From IMG/VR virus record IMGVR_UViG_3300020172_005639, positions 56,523-120,522 of that record: 64,000 nt of DNA. The stretch is one strand, 5' to 3'. The number at the start of each line of letters is the position of its first letter. The stretch's first letter is position 1. Below the pieces are notes generated by a model. The model did not search any database. It had not been told where the DNA came from and worked only from the letters and a program-made list of their open reading frames with translations. The position numbers and the translations under genes were made by a program. Source of the DNA: a virus. This document shows positions 30,272 through 39,162 of the stretch, one piece after another.

Positions 30272-30928
30272 ATGAGAATTTACGAGGAATACCTCAACAG
30301 GCATAGCATCACCGACTTTCCGGTGATCCACCACTGCCCAAACGCAGCTTTTGTTGTGAAGTTCAATGACAAGGACAGCTGGCTTGATTTTGCCAACGTG
30401 TCGGAGGACTTCATTCGGAACTCCACGCCGTTCGCAGTTTTCCATATTTCTTGGATCAGCGCAAATGTAAGGCCTGGCGAGTATGTGCTTAGCCTCAAGT
30501 CGCCAATCCATGACGTTTTCGGCTCCAGCGGATATTTCAACAATATCTTTTCAGAGCGAGTCAAGTGGCACAACTACGAGACGGCATTGACATCAATATG
30601 CGACCGTCTGTCGGGAAGCCTAATCTACGACCAAGGCCTTGATCTGATCATGGCTCTTTGGGAGATGTTCGTGTACAGCCACGACTCTTGGTTCTGCCGC
30701 CAAGGCGGTGATATTAAATACATTTTATATCAAACTTTAGACAAAGATATTCAGATAGCACACAGGGCGTGTTGCATACAGGAGATGTTGCGAAAACTCG
30801 GCAACGTCAACGCAAACCTTGTGAAAGTCTGGAGAAACGAGTACCTGTGCTATACTCAGACGGAAACAAGGTGGTTCATACGGTTAGTCAAACAGCCATG
30901 CCCAAAGACTATTCTCCAGTTAAGCTGA
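30272..30928 (+). CDS. Hypothetical protein
   Basis: 218-aa ORF. Confidence 0.7.
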   Translation: MRIYEEYLNRHSITDFPVIHHCPNAAFVVKFNDKDSWLDFANVSEDFIRNSTPFAVFHISWISANVRPGEYVLSLKSPIHDVFGSSGYFNNIFSERVKWHNYETALTSICDRLSGSLIYDQGLDLIMALWEMFVYSHDSWFCRQGGDIKYILYQTLDKDIQIAHRACCIQEMLRKLGNVNANLVKVWRNEYLCYTQTETRWFIRLVKQPCPKTILQLS

Positions 30929-31743
30929 AGAACCCAGCCGCTCATGGCGTGATGGTGCGGCTGCTTCATGGACAGAAGCTGCAGCTGCATTTCGAAGGGC
31001 CACAGAACATAGAAAACAAAATGGAAGTCATCGGAGACTTCCTGACTGTGGACGATATCTTGCGGGAAGGCGATGGCTGGCTCGCCACCATTAGCCAAAA
31101 CAGACCCGTCATACTGGACAACACGCTTTACTTGGGCTGCATAAGCCTTTTCGGTCAAGAGGACAAAAGGGTGGGCTCAGTCTGTGTGGTCTCTAAAAAT
31201 TCGAACGACGATGTCATGACCGTCATCAATCCGAAAAGTCAGTTCTGCAACGTTGAGCTCAACCAGGTTCTGGACGTCATAGTCCAGACCGACAGCGTTG
31301 CTTCAAGATATGCGGCTTATCCAGTCTGCGGCGATCTTTGCATGGAGCTCATACAGCAATACTGCAAGCCCTGTCAAATGAACGGTTGCGATGGCCTTGA
31401 GCATGTGTTCAGATTCAGATTCGACTCGCAGAGCGTGGATAAGTTCTCGAGCCGACCAGTTGGCAAGTTTGATGGGGGACAAATCTTATTCGTGAGTTCT
31501 AGGGGCCATAGGAGGACTCTCAAGTTGATCTGCTCTTGGAGGGGGAAGTCTTCCGTTTACAAGGCTCTGCTGCTGCCAAGAATTCCCTCGTCCAACGCCA
31601 TAGCTAGCTACAAGAAGCAAAAAAAGGTCTGCCTCAAATCCGATGTTTCATTGAGAAGGATTGACTCGGAGGACTTGGAGGCTGGCTGTAACGTCTTGCT
31701 GTCGAAGAATCGGCGAGGTGATGATGCCGGCTCAATACGATGA
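30898..31743 (+). CDS. Hypothetical protein
   Basis: About 280-aa ORF in operon. Confidence 0.7.
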   Translation: MPKDYSPVKLKNPAAHGVMVRLLHGQKLQLHFEGPQNIENKMEVIGDFLTVDDILREGDGWLATISQNRPVILDNTLYLGCISLFGQEDKRVGSVCVVSKNSNDDVMTVINPKSQFCNVELNQVLDVIVQTDSVASRYAAYPVCGDLCMELIQQYCKPCQMNGCDGLEHVFRFRFDSQSVDKFSSRPVGKFDGGQILFVSSRGHRRTLKLICSWRGKSSVYKALLLPRIPSSNAIASYKKQKKVCLKSDVSLRRIDSEDLEAGCNVLLSKNRRGDDAGSIR

Positions 31744-32383
31744 ACAAATCAAGGTAAGCATGGCTTACTGCGCGCCTCCACCAGGGCAGTTTGGCATTCC
31801 TGGGGCCTCGGGGTTGACGGTGGCTTCGTGGGATCATTGCAGAGAGCAGTTTGCGGCCAAGTTCGGCAGGGATATTCCCGAGTTCTTCGTGAGTCACCTT
31901 GAGGGCAGGGGTATTTGCATATCTGAATTCATTTGTCATTTTGAGGAGGTCTTGACATCGGACATTGGCAAAAACAAGTTTTTTCACTCCAGGTTTTCTC
32001 CCACGACAAACCCAAGCGTGACACTCATCAAGCCCAGTCAGTTCTGGAGAGAGTGTTTTTTCCGGAGGTCTTTGTTCACCCTCCTAGTCCGGAGCGGGCA
32101 AAACTATTGTCCAGACATTAAGAACTTCGACGATTGCCTCTTCGGCAATTACAAGGAGTGCCAGTTTATAAGGGAAACGAAGAAGGCTGTGGTCAGGTTC
32201 ATGTTCGGATTCACTGTCTTTCAAGGAAACCATCCTCCCGCCTCTGGATCTACGGTGATTAAACATGGGTGGCGAGAGGAGTTTGACAAGAGCGATGAAC
32301 CCACTATAAGGAAGAAGCTAGCTATTCCCGACTATGCGCAGCGGTCCTACAACATAGTCGGTCTAGACGCCTTGTGGGCATGA
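31721..32383 (+). CDS. Hypothetical protein, paralog of 5256-5810
   Basis: Shared motifs with 5256-5810; SD GAGG. Confidence 0.75.
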   Translation: MMPAQYDEQIKVSMAYCAPPPGQFGIPGASGLTVASWDHCREQFAAKFGRDIPEFFVSHLEGRGICISEFICHFEEVLTSDIGKNKFFHSRFSPTTNPSVTLIKPSQFWRECFFRRSLFTLLVRSGQNYCPDIKNFDDCLFGNYKECQFIRETKKAVVRFMFGFTVFQGNHPPASGSTVIKHGWREEFDKSDEPTIRKKLAIPDYAQRSYNIVGLDALWA

Positions 32384-33093
32384 CTATGAGCAGATGGTTT
32401 TTCACCAGTGATCTTCATCTGGACCACGCAAAAATAATTCGTTACTGCAACAGGCCTTTTGGCTCGGTTGAGGAGATGAACGAAGGAATCATTGGCGCAA
32501 TCAATGACAGTGTAGGACTCAAAGACAATCTGCTTGTACTGGGGGACTTTTGCTTGGTCAAAGCCAGCAACGCGCTGGAGCGTTATTCTCATTTCCGGTC
32601 ACAGATACGCTGTGAAAACGTAACCCTTGTGCTGGGCAACCACGACAGGGAAAAGGAGGCCTCAAGAGTATTCGGGTCATGTTCGCAGATTCAAACCCTA
32701 AATGTGGATGGCAACTACATAGTCTGCAGCCACTATCCCATGCGCTCTTGGGACAGGGCGGCGCACGGCTCATGGATGCTTTACGGCCATGTCCACAACG
32801 CGTATCGCCATGAGGACGAGGCGGGCCTCCCGACATGGAAGGATTTGCACTTCAGGGGAGTATTTTCAAGCATATTGGCGAGGCACGGCGTTGAATCGCA
32901 GCAGATATTGAATGAGTTGATGACGGGGCTTGTTTCGCTATCTGGTAGCAACCTCACCCTTGATGTGGGCGTCGATAACGTCAGGCATGGCAAAGCCTTC
33001 GGTGCGCCTTGGTCTCTTAAGGAGGTCGCAGAAATCATGGCCATGAAGCGGCCTCTGTGGGAGATGCGTAGGCAAATATCAAAGAGGTGTTGA
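32380..33093 (+). CDS. Calcineurin-like metallophosphoesterase
   Basis: FTSDLHLDH, LGDF, GNHD, SHYP, GHVH, DVGVD. Confidence 0.9.
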   Translation: MTMSRWFFTSDLHLDHAKIIRYCNRPFGSVEEMNEGIIGAINDSVGLKDNLLVLGDFCLVKASNALERYSHFRSQIRCENVTLVLGNHDREKEASRVFGSCSQIQTLNVDGNYIVCSHYPMRSWDRAAHGSWMLYGHVHNAYRHEDEAGLPTWKDLHFRGVFSSILARHGVESQQILNELMTGLVSLSGSNLTLDVGVDNVRHGKAFGAPWSLKEVAEIMAMKRPLWEMRRQISKRC

Positions 33094-33219
33094 CTGGCCG
33101 ATGATTCATAGTTTACAGTTCCTCCCGACGCAGGCACAGTCGAACTATGTGGCCGCAACCTGCGCTCTGTGGTCACATAAGATTGAAGGATTGTGTCCCA
33201 AATGGCACAAGTTACTGTG

Positions 33220-33591
33220 ATGAACAGGAAGTTTTTAGCCTTGGCTTTTGTGCTGGCAATCGCTTCGATCTCGGAGGCTGGTCCTTTTGGACTCGTCCGT
33301 GGTCGCAGTAACAGCTCTAATTCTGGCACAGGTTCCGCTGCTGGAAGCACCGGCACCGTCTACTATGACAACGGCGAGCTGAGCTCTGCCCAGGGCGTGG
33401 CCAACAGGATGGCCAGATTGCTCAGGATTGGGCACTTCGGCAATCCTCAAGGTGGATATGAGGGCGTGGGCTCCGGGGCTACACCCCAGCAGGCCGAGTG
33501 GAATTGCTGTTATAGGCGGCAGATGGCCCCTCGCGACGTCGGTTACGCGCATGGAGCAAACGGACTTTGGTACTGCTGTTGCAGGTACTAA
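33220..33591 (+). CDS. Secreted Cys-rich protein, minimal CAP/SCP-like (planctomycete-type)
   Basis: Signal peptide; GHFG..YEGVGSG...NCCY...GYAHGANGLWYCCCRY. Confidence 0.65.
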   Translation: MNRKFLALAFVLAIASISEAGPFGLVRGRSNSSNSGTGSAAGSTGTVYYDNGELSSAQGVANRMARLLRIGHFGNPQGGYEGVGSGATPQQAEWNCCYRRQMAPRDVGYAHGANGLWYCCCRY

Positions 33592-33603
33592 CCTAGATTT
33601 GGT

Positions 33604-33633
33604 GCGGGCAGGGGTTGATGCCCCCCTGCCCGT
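33604..33633 (+). terminator. GC-rich hairpin, probable terminator
   Basis: GCGGGCAGGGG...CCCCTGCCCGT after the stop codon; T-run is somewhat distal. Confidence 0.5.
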
Positions 33634-33695
33634 GTCGCTATGGAGTTGGTTTTTTGTTTTAGCGAATTGTGTTCAGGGCAGTACTCAATTGGATC

Positions 33696-34607
33696 ATGAA
33701 GATAGCAATATGCCCCCTTGTGTCACACGATATCTGGCGCGCCAAGCGCTGCATAGTAAGCTGCCACCTTCAACTTGAGCACGCCAGCATAAGCCACAGC
33801 CTCGTAGTTCATATAAATTCGTTGGACGAATCCTTCGCAGACGAGATGGTTTCGTTCTGTGAAGATGGCGGATATCGTTATCTCAAATCGGTTTCTGATG
33901 GCACCCCATCCACGGGCAAGAACGCAATTTTGGATTTTCTGGCTCAATCATTATTTGATGGCGCCTGCCTTGTCGATGGCGACGACTTCCTCTACCCCGT
34001 TTCCTTCATGCAGATCGCAAACCATCTGCATCAGTTCGGCGAAACTGATCTCTTGGTCAACCATGCCATGGATTGCGTGGTAAGGAGCGAGTTCGCCGAT
34101 CCATCCATGCACCCCGTGGTCGGCGATGGCGTCAGCGCAATAGTGTGGGGGTCAAATAACTGGAAGATGCCTTCAATATACGGTACGGGCCCGAATCCCA
34201 TAACGCAGCCGTCTGTTCCACAATGGCCAATAAGCCTGGGAAGGCATCAGTACTACAGCAAGAGGCTTGCCAAGGCGCTCAAGTTCGATCCAAGGATAGT
34301 CGTCGGAGAGGATGTGATGCTTGAGTTTGAGGCCCTGCATTTGCACCAAGTCGGGGAACTTGTCTTCTTTATGACATTCGGAAGCGACATGTACGTCTTT
34401 GACAGGACTCTAAACAACAACATAGAGAAAAAACACGCAGACCAAAAGCACGAGTACTTCAGGCTGATTCAGCAGAAGCTTCAGAAATACGATCAGGAGC
34501 GCCTGGATCCGAGGGAATTGCCTTGTTGCTTTCCTAAAATAGCCTATTCCTACTCTGATAAAATAGAGTTTATACAAGGACTCTATAAGGAGTTAGCCAT
34601 AACATGA
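33696..34607 (+). CDS. GT-A glycosyltransferase-like protein
   Basis: SDGTPSTGKN, LVDGDDFLYP, VGEDV. Confidence 0.7.
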   Translation: MKIAICPLVSHDIWRAKRCIVSCHLQLEHASISHSLVVHINSLDESFADEMVSFCEDGGYRYLKSVSDGTPSTGKNAILDFLAQSLFDGACLVDGDDFLYPVSFMQIANHLHQFGETDLLVNHAMDCVVRSEFADPSMHPVVGDGVSAIVWGSNNWKMPSIYGTGPNPITQPSVPQWPISLGRHQYYSKRLAKALKFDPRIVVGEDVMLEFEALHLHQVGELVFFMTFGSDMYVFDRTLNNNIEKKHADQKHEYFRLIQQKLQKYDQERLDPRELPCCFPKIAYSYSDKIEFIQGLYKELAIT

Positions 34608-35413
34608 ACTACCGATACAGCATCGGCCAGCAGGTCGTATTCCTGAACCAGTTAGCCCTCGTAAGGTCTCTTGGTTCGACTGCACAAAGCAAGCCAAAGT
34701 ACTTTCTGGCAGTCGGCGATGCCGAGCTGGAAATGTGGGTGCCAGAGGAGGAGATTGAGGTCGGGCAGATTACGGGGCCGCCCATCACAACCTTCAACAG
34801 GCGCATGCCGCACCTGTGCATAGTCGACAACTTTTACAAAAACCCCGACGAAATCAGGGCCTTGGCGCTTGAGCAGCAATTTGAGGCCGACAACCGCTTC
34901 TACAAGGGCAAGAGGACCAAAGAGCGGTTCTTGTGGCCCTTCTTGCGCGAAGAGTTTGAGAGAATCCTCGGCCGCACTATCGTGGACTGGCTCAACCAGC
35001 CTGCCAACGGCTGCTTCCAGGTCACGGGCTACGACGACCCCCTCGTGTGGCACAGCGACGCCCAGAGCTACGCAGCTGCTATCTACTTAAGTCCGCACGC
35101 TCCTGTCGGCGCCGGCACGAGCTTCTGGCAGGACCGAAAATACTCAGCCAGAAGGCCTCCGGTTCACCCGCTTGAATTCGACCGCTTCCCCTCGGACCAG
35201 GCCAGAAGCGACGCGTACAATGACATATACAGCCAGTACAACCTTCTGCACGGCGACAACTGGGAGCTCGTCGACAAGGTGGGCGCCGTCTACAACAGGC
35301 TTGCGATCTGGGACGCTCAGATGATACATTCTGCGAGCACCTACGAGGGTCTGCCAAGCGATATCGTGGACAAGGCCCGATTGGTCCAGCTTTTCTTCTT
35401 TACCATCAAGTAG
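34604..35413 (+). CDS. 2OG-Fe(II) oxygenase-like protein (DUF6445-like)
   Basis: IVDNFYKNPDEIR, WHSD, YLSP, GTSF, YNRLAIWD, HSA, RLVQLFFF. Confidence 0.8.
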   Translation: MNYRYSIGQQVVFLNQLALVRSLGSTAQSKPKYFLAVGDAELEMWVPEEEIEVGQITGPPITTFNRRMPHLCIVDNFYKNPDEIRALALEQQFEADNRFYKGKRTKERFLWPFLREEFERILGRTIVDWLNQPANGCFQVTGYDDPLVWHSDAQSYAAAIYLSPHAPVGAGTSFWQDRKYSARRPPVHPLEFDRFPSDQARSDAYNDIYSQYNLLHGDNWELVDKVGAVYNRLAIWDAQMIHSASTYEGLPSDIVDKARLVQLFFFTIK

Positions 35414-35480
35414 GGGCTGAAGATGACAAGGCAGGAGTAAGGCTACCTAGCAATTATTTGCAAGTTGACTGATAAATAAA

Positions 35481-35580
35481 TCCAGAGCCCTCGGGCTTCG
35501 ACTCCGTCGATGACAACCAGCGCTCGCAAGGAGTAACTGCATAAGAGGCCAAGATGGCTGCTGGTCGAGACGGGTCATTG
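35481..35580 (+). ncRNA. Candidate structured RNA with k-turn and multi-helix junction
   Basis: Nested stems CCGTC/GACGG and ACCAGC/GCTGGT with two inner hairpins, after a TAAATA box. Confidence 0.35.
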
Positions 35581-35588
35581 CAAAAAAC

Positions 35589-35849
35589 ATGATTAACATC
35601 CACCAAATCAACGCCGAGCTCTCCAAGACGTCTGAATCTGACATAAGGCTTGATTTTTATTTGGTATCCAAGGAAAAAGATTGCTTTTTCGTGGTGGATA
35701 AAGCAGAATGTCATCCAGCGCTTTCGACGCAATTGTGGAGGAGCAACTACATCCTTGCGGATGCTGCCGCAGATTGGTCGATTGCGGATTGGTTGAAAGA
35801 ACTAGAGAGCATGGCGAGGGAAAACCGTAGTGAAAATGTCCTTAAGTGA
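35589..35849 (+). CDS. Hypothetical protein
   Basis: 86-aa ORF. Confidence 0.55.
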   Translation: MINIHQINAELSKTSESDIRLDFYLVSKEKDCFFVVDKAECHPALSTQLWRSNYILADAAADWSIADWLKELESMARENRSENVLK

Positions 35850-35994
35850 GGCTTACTTGATCTGGGATCGCATTACCTTTTCCCAAAAGCTGGAGCTTTT
35901 GAGCCTAGCTCGGAGAGCTTGCCCAGAAAAAGTTGGCTATAGGACGATTGATGCTGAATGGAGGCCCTCTTTAGATGAGGAACCCAATCCATGA
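35836..35994 (+). CDS. Small hypothetical protein (52 aa, not in ORF track)
   Basis: MSLSEAYLIWDRITF...EEPNP; fills the gap and ends in an ATGA overlap with clpS. Confidence 0.5.
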   Translation: MSLSEAYLIWDRITFSQKLELLSLARRACPEKVGYRTIDAEWRPSLDEEPNP

Positions 35995-36299
35995 GTGCCG
36001 CCACGCTTGATAGCCCAGAAACAAAGACGATCACTCAGCGACCCTACAATGTTATCCTTCTGAATGACGACGACCACTCCGTCGTATATGTAGTCGACCT
36101 TTGCTTCAAGGTATTCCGCATGAGCGAGCAGGACGGGTTAAGGGTGGCGAATGAAGTGCACTTTTCCGGAAGGTCTATTGTTTACTCGGGCTCGCTTGAA
36201 GTGGCTGAACTCAAGCAAGAACAAGTTCACGGTTTCGGCCCTGACGCGCGCGTACCACGCTGCAAGGGCAGCATGACGGCAATCATAGAGCAGGCATGA
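35991..36299 (+). CDS. clpS: ATP-dependent Clp protease adaptor ClpS
   Basis: PYNVILLNDDDHS, EVHFSGRSIV, EVAELK. Confidence 0.92.
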   Translation: MSAATLDSPETKTITQRPYNVILLNDDDHSVVYVVDLCFKVFRMSEQDGLRVANEVHFSGRSIVYSGSLEVAELKQEQVHGFGPDARVPRCKGSMTAIIEQA

Positions 36300-36300
36300 A

Positions 36301-37185
36301 ATGATAGTACAGTACGCGCCGGTCATCCGTAGCTTCAACGGGCACGCTAAACGCTGCATCTTGTCTTGCGCCCGACAGAGCGAAAGTCTAGGTGAATTGA
36401 ATTTCTGCACCGTAGCCTATTTCCTTGGCGACGATGGCGGAGGCGTAGCTTGGTGCAACTCGCTTGGGATCAAATGCAAGCTCATAGACTGCGCTCCCTC
36501 GCAGGGATCAGTACGCAAGGCAGTCTGGGACAAGTTTCTTTTGAGCTCAGGCGACGCGCTAGTCCAGCTTGAACAGAACCTCTTTCTTTACCCTTGCGCT
36601 GGCGATAGGCTGCAGTCACATTTGTTACAGTACCCCAGCACTGACTTGCTCGTCACAAAGCCCAAAGACGTCATCACTCTTGAGAATCCGAACCAAGACG
36701 CTTCAAACTGCTTCAGGGTTGGCGATCGATGGACGCAGATTTGGACAACTCACAATGTGACGCTTGGGTATAGTTGCGGACCTGGAAGGCATCCCTACCA
36801 CGAGGACCCGAACAATGGTTTTGGAAGCCAGGGCATTCACGTCTTCAAAACAAGAAAACTCATTGAGTCGCTCCAGCACTTGCCTGCGATTGAGATATTC
36901 GACCACATAAATGTCGAACTCAACGCATTGAGACTGCACCAGCGGGGCGATATCGTTTTTATGCTGACCTTCCTATCCGATTTTTTGGTTGAGGACTGGT
37001 CGGCTCCATTTCTGCTGCCGCAGGCGTCAGCAGAAGCCATGCTCTCTGGAAAAGACGAGATCGTGAGTTCACTCAATCTCATGTCGCCCGGAAGGTCGAG
37101 CTTTGAGGAGTTGCCGGTGCGATTTCCGCAGATCAGTATGTCGGTGTCGGACAAGCTGAAGTACCTTGAAGACAAAACAATTTGA
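36301..37185 (+). CDS. Paralog of the 33696 glycosyltransferase-like protein lacking DxD
   Basis: AKRCILSC, FLYP, TDLLV, LHQRG, ELPVRFP shared; DGDD replaced by EQNL. Confidence 0.7.
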   Translation: MIVQYAPVIRSFNGHAKRCILSCARQSESLGELNFCTVAYFLGDDGGGVAWCNSLGIKCKLIDCAPSQGSVRKAVWDKFLLSSGDALVQLEQNLFLYPCAGDRLQSHLLQYPSTDLLVTKPKDVITLENPNQDASNCFRVGDRWTQIWTTHNVTLGYSCGPGRHPYHEDPNNGFGSQGIHVFKTRKLIESLQHLPAIEIFDHINVELNALRLHQRGDIVFMLTFLSDFLVEDWSAPFLLPQASAEAMLSGKDEIVSSLNLMSPGRSSFEELPVRFPQISMSVSDKLKYLEDKTI

Positions 37186-37192
37186 GGTTGTC

Positions 37193-37423
37193 ATGAGCGA
37201 AGACAAGAATGCAGAATCGGGATTTCTGGCTTTGGGAGCAGTGTTCGTGATGATTTGCCTTTTCTTCCTAGCCGCCTGGCCTTTCCAGGCGCTTTGGAAC
37301 TTCGACTTGTGCCAGGTCGTTGATGGCGTGCATGAGATCACCTATTTTCAGGCAGTTGGATTGGTTGCTCTTGTCTATATAACAGGGAAGGTATTTATGC
37401 TTGGGCAAAGCTCAAGCAAGTAG
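37193..37423 (+). CDS. Small two-TM membrane protein
   Basis: SD GAGG; LWN...EITYFQA pattern. Confidence 0.7.
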   Translation: MSEDKNAESGFLALGAVFVMICLFFLAAWPFQALWNFDLCQVVDGVHEITYFQAVGLVALVYITGKVFMLGQSSSK

Positions 37424-37478
37424 GAGCCACTTGGGAATAGTCTTCTTGATTTAAAGGCATATATAAGTCGGAGGCTTT

Positions 37479-38561
37479 ATGAAGTACGACTTGAACTACA
37501 CCCTTTATCTAAGCGGTCTGATCAGCGAGAATCGCTTCTATGACATCTGCGAAAGGTCGGCGCAGGAGATCAAGGCTATGCCTGCCCCCAAAGATGGACG
37601 CTGGCTGGGGAAAGATAATTATGTTTTCAACATTGAGGGTGACGATTGCGTCGACGATATGGGGAATCGGCTCAACAGTTATTGCTACAAAGTCAAATTC
37701 GACGCATATCAATCTCGCGTATCGATCAGCTTCGACAGACTCGGAAGCTACGGCGATCAAAATCTCGGTTTGGGCCAGCAAGTTTTCGACGGAGTTAGAA
37801 AGGCTGTTTCTGAATACATCGCCAAGAACAAACCAGAATTGTTGAAGTGGTCTCCTGTTCGAAGCAAAGAAGGCAAAGAGTCAAGAAGCAAGGCCTACGA
37901 AATATGGTCGGTCAAGGCCCTATGGCCAGAGCTTTATGTAAGCCCGAGCGTTAACCTTTGGGTGCGTCGGGACGTCTACGACAAGCAATATGTCCCCAAC
38001 GGCTATCCCCCAGTGCCACCGGACGCCAAAAAGACATTGAAGTCGCTGAACGACTTCAGAAACTCCACCTCTGGTCTGGAAACAAATTTCAACAAACTTC
38101 TCACCAGCAGAACATATAGACGATCAGGATATTTTGTCGTAAAAAGCGATCCGCAATCAAACAAAGCCATAATTTATCACATCGAAGAAGATGGAAAATG
38201 GAACAAGGAATACAGAGAAAAAACCAGCGTTCGCGAGCTTTTGCCGGATTTCAGTCCGGCATCAACGATGGATGCTCTACGTGTAGCTGACCAGATGATT
38301 AAAGCCGGTCAGAAAGAACAATTGGATTGGTTCCCGCCGGAACTTGTAACAGCCTACCAAAGCGAAGGCAAGCGAATGGCCCTGGGAGCTGCTAAAACCG
38401 CTCTTGGTACGGTTGGAAAAGGCATAGGACTCGCCTTGACCCCGCTGGATGCAGCAGACCAATACATTCGTCCGAAGGTAGAAAAACAAGTAGAAAAGAT
38501 CGCATCGAAAATCCCATCGAAAAGTGCTAGACCAAATACAGAGCGTTCCGACGACTGGTAG
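37479..38561 (+). CDS. Putative virion/internal protein sharing a domain with 39163
   Basis: TATATA box, SD GGAGG; LSGLISE N-terminus. Confidence 0.7.
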   Translation: MKYDLNYTLYLSGLISENRFYDICERSAQEIKAMPAPKDGRWLGKDNYVFNIEGDDCVDDMGNRLNSYCYKVKFDAYQSRVSISFDRLGSYGDQNLGLGQQVFDGVRKAVSEYIAKNKPELLKWSPVRSKEGKESRSKAYEIWSVKALWPELYVSPSVNLWVRRDVYDKQYVPNGYPPVPPDAKKTLKSLNDFRNSTSGLETNFNKLLTSRTYRRSGYFVVKSDPQSNKAIIYHIEEDGKWNKEYREKTSVRELLPDFSPASTMDALRVADQMIKAGQKEQLDWFPPELVTAYQSEGKRMALGAAKTALGTVGKGIGLALTPLDAADQYIRPKVEKQVEKIASKIPSKSARPNTERSDDW

Positions 38562-38752
38562 GGAACAATCCTTTTGAACGAAATCATAATCCTTGAATGT
38601 GCTGATAGGCAACTCAATAGGCAGAGTATCCCACAAGGTAGATGAGCTATTGCCTCTGTTACACTGCCTGGTCCTTTTGGCTATAGTTTTCTTGCTGAAC
38701 AAGACCGACGAAAAACTCTTTTAATTCGTCAGCAAAAATTCTATATATTTTT

Positions 38753-39160
38753 ATGTCAGGCAGCCTTGGTTTTTCTGATTATGTCATGCTGCGCGAGGAC
38801 TTCCGGTCCAAGACGCCCTTGTACCCTTTGGGCTATGGCGGGATCGGACTATATCCCACTCAATATTTCATGCCCTATTCTGCCGATGCAGTTCTTTACA
38901 TCACCCAGGACGAGCGTTTATTTACCAATGGCGACGGACCACCGCATGACATCAGGCATTTGCCCGGGCACAAGCAGTATGGAGACAAGTGCAACAACGG
39001 CGAGAACGAGCCCTTTGACATAAAAGACGTGCCAGGCAAATGCAAGGAGCCAGAAGTCAAGATGCCTGCTGGCAAAGTGATTCCGTACAGGGGCTTTTTG
39101 AGGCTGAACGGCGCTCTCCGTCCCCTGGTACCCACGAACAACAAGATGCCACCGGAGTAA
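38753..39160 (+). CDS. Hypothetical late protein
   Basis: TATATA 5 nt before ATG; FSDYVMLRE N-terminus. Confidence 0.7.
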   Translation: MSGSLGFSDYVMLREDFRSKTPLYPLGYGGIGLYPTQYFMPYSADAVLYITQDERLFTNGDGPPHDIRHLPGHKQYGDKCNNGENEPFDIKDVPGKCKEPEVKMPAGKVIPYRGFLRLNGALRPLVPTNNKMPPE

Positions 39161-39162
39161 GA

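Noticed and set aside
35413-35425. GGGGCTGA resembling a tmRNA 5' end (also near 55311 and 58875)
   Set aside because: No following TTCGAC-type D-loop segment at the right spacing, and no tag ORF or 3' T-arm/CCA
35480-35580. SAM-I riboswitch or hammerhead interpretation (ATCCAGAG, GATGA...GAGAC)
   Set aside because: Core consensus (GCAACC; CUGAUGA/GAAA) is not met; kept only as an unknown structured RNA
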